This document shows, in pieces, positions 62,601 through 64,000 of a stretch of 64,000 nt of DNA. The notes under the pieces were generated by a model that was given only the letters and a program-made list of their open reading frames with translations, did no database searches and was not told the origin of the DNA. Each line of letters begins with the position of its first letter. Within the stretch, counting starts at the first letter, position 1. Origin of the DNA: Candidatus Foliamicus sp. (lineage in GTDB: Bacteria; Pseudomonadota; Gammaproteobacteria; Steroidobacterales; Foliamicaceae); the NCBI GenBank assembly GCA_965249285.1, contig OZ252226.1:1256068-1320067 (forward strand). The letters are read 5' to 3'. Position numbers and translations under genes: made by a program.

Positions 62601-64000
62601 ATGCCCGATCCTGTTTTATCGACTCTACTCTTGGCGGTCAAGGCGTTTGCTCCCCGCGTTTTGGCGCGTGCGAGGAGGCTTAATGCGGAGCGGAAGGCGG
62701 GAACGACGCAGTCTTCCACCGATCTTATGGGCATAAATCTCCATGCAACACTCAACCGATTGCGCGGAAGACACATTGACGATTCGTGGTGGCGGAACAT
62801 TCTTAACCGGATTGGGCACGAATACATCGCCCCGCCGGATTTTCTAAACAATTCGACTGTTCAAGAGTGGCTCGCTGATGACGTTGTTGCTAGCAACTTG
62901 AAAAGCCTGGCGAAAAACATCGTTATAGGTGGAAGCCGTGATGATCCCGATACCCGTGCGCGACTAGAGGGCAGTTGGTTACCGGCAGCGGCTCAAGACG
63001 CTCCGCCTGGCACCGATGTCATAGACGATGTGGTCGCCATCCTCGCGGCGGGCTACATCGCATCCATTACTGCTGATCAATTGCCGGTAGCCGCCATGCT
63101 GCAGGAATCGTCGAGTCAAATGCATGAGCCCTTTGATAGCCTGGAAGAACGTCTTCGATCAAATTCTGCATACTCAGAGCCCCAATTAAGTCCCACTATC
63201 CAGCAACTCATTGCGCATCAGGCGAAGCAAGAGTTGTCCGGGATCCTTTCACTCCGAGCCTTCGACGCGAGCCGTGCGCGAAGTCAAATCGGGAAGTTGC
63301 TGAAGCGGACAAAAGCTGGCGATCTTGCCGCCGCCGACAACGCAATCAAGATCGAAGTGCTGTATTGGGCCGCCAGACTCTATGCTACGGACAAGGAGAC
63401 CCTTCCAATAGCCAAGCAACTCCGTGACGACCTCAGGCAAACCAGCCCGGACAAAGACTTATCCATCTTGGATGCCTTGTTTGCCGAGAAGGATAGCGAT
63501 GGAGAAAAGGCTCTCCGGCTTCTCCGCGATTGCAGCGATCCCGATGCCCGATCGGTGTGGTTCGGCCTGCTGGATCGTTTGAGGGGCCAACAGGCCGCCT
63601 GGGACTGGGTTCGAAAACAAGACCTGCAAGATGAACACTTGTTCGCGCCTGCGGGGTGGCATAACTGGGCCATTCTCGCGGTGAAGTTGCAAAATTGGGA
63701 CGAAGCCTGCCTACGATTGGGCAAGCTGGAAAATCTCTGGGAAGAGATGCCCAGGCTTGCGTTTTTGGAGGGCATCATTAACGCGGCAATGCTTCTGCCA
63801 AAAGAATTCCGCCAGGAGGTGCTGAACGGCATCCCGTTTGTTAACAGCATGTCTCCCAACCAAGACACGATGGCCCAACGCCATCACTTCCGCGCCACGA
63901 CCTGCTTTGAATTCGTTGCCCGCTGGCTAGAAAAACACGGTGATGTCGATCCAATTTGGACGAAGGCGATCGCCGATTGGGATCTTTGGCTGCGACTGAT
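62601..64000 (+). CDS. Long uncharacterised ORF (more than 466 codons, open at the window end), all-helical and TPR-like by eye
   Basis: Absent from the ORF track because there is no stop in the window. My translation from ATG 62601 is MPDPVLSTLLLAVKAFAPRVLARARRLNAERKAGTT...WDWVRKQDLQDEHLFAPAGWHNWAILAVKLQNWDEACLRLGKLENLWEEMPRLAFLEGIINAAML...DWDLWLRL, with no stop through 64000. An in-frame upstream stop lies at 62541. GC is visibly lower than in the core genes. Confidence 0.6.
   Translation, partial: MPDPVLSTLLLAVKAFAPRVLARARRLNAERKAGTTQSSTDLMGINLHATLNRLRGRHIDDSWWRNILNRIGHEYIAPPDFLNNSTVQEWLADDVVASNLKSLAKNIVIGGSRDDPDTRARLEGSWLPAAAQDAPPGTDVIDDVVAILAAGYIASITADQLPVAAMLQESSSQMHEPFDSLEERLRSNSAYSEPQLSPTIQQLIAHQAKQELSGILSLRAFDASRARSQIGKLLKRTKAGDLAAADNAIKIEVLYWAARLYATDKETLPIAKQLRDDLRQTSPDKDLSILDALFAEKDSDGEKALRLLRDCSDPDARSVWFGLLDRLRGQQAAWDWVRKQDLQDEHLFAPAGWHNWAILAVKLQNWDEACLRLGKLENLWEEMPRLAFLEGIINAAMLLPKEFRQEVLNGIPFVNSMSPNQDTMAQRHHFRATTCFEFVARWLEKHGDVDPIWTKAIADWDLWLRL

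Noticed and set aside
62237-62851. 204-aa minus-strand ORF and short ORFs at 62404-62595(+), 62625-62819(-) and 63380-63868(-).
   Set aside because: They overlap the much longer uninterrupted plus-strand frame starting at 62601, or lie in the decayed IS region. They have odd composition (Cys/Arg/Ser-rich) and no recognisable motifs.

Overview
High-GC chromosomal window whose gene order matches gammaproteobacteria: grpE / nadK-recN-(fur)-bamE / rnfH-ratA / smpB as in E. coli, plus rpsP-rimM-trmD-rplS and dnaK-dnaJ. It is densely packed with core genes. These include an Rrf2-regulated suf operon (sufBCDSUT), fused isobutyryl-CoA mutase IcmF, SppA, a TatT-type TRAP transporter and the imuA-imuB-dnaE2 mutagenesis cassette. 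Also present are ftsH, rlmE, greA, carAB, dapB, the dnaK/dnaJ/grpE chaperones, nadK, recN, fur, bamE and smpB. I saw no rRNA, tRNA, tmRNA or CRISPR. The less ordinary content is listed here. (1) A modular REP-like palindromic repeat family fills at least 11 intergenic gaps, and two tandem 72-bp copies sit in frame inside sufU. (2) A 265-bp nested palindrome with perfect 31-bp outer arms fills the imuB-dnaE2 gap and abuts the dnaE2 start codon. (3) Ribosomal protein S16 carries a tail of about 200 aa built on 15 tandem 18-bp repeats. (4) Two tandem NCS2-like permeases each carry a cytoplasmic C-terminal domain that is far more conserved between the copies than the membrane part. (5) The right end (about 61.2-64.0 kb) has visibly lower GC, an IS21-like transposase remnant, and a long open reading frame of more than 466 codons. 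That frame runs off the window and is missing from the supplied ORF track. It is my best candidate for uncharacterised accessory cargo, but its function cannot be called from this fragment. All homology calls come from reading the translations by eye; no searches were run.
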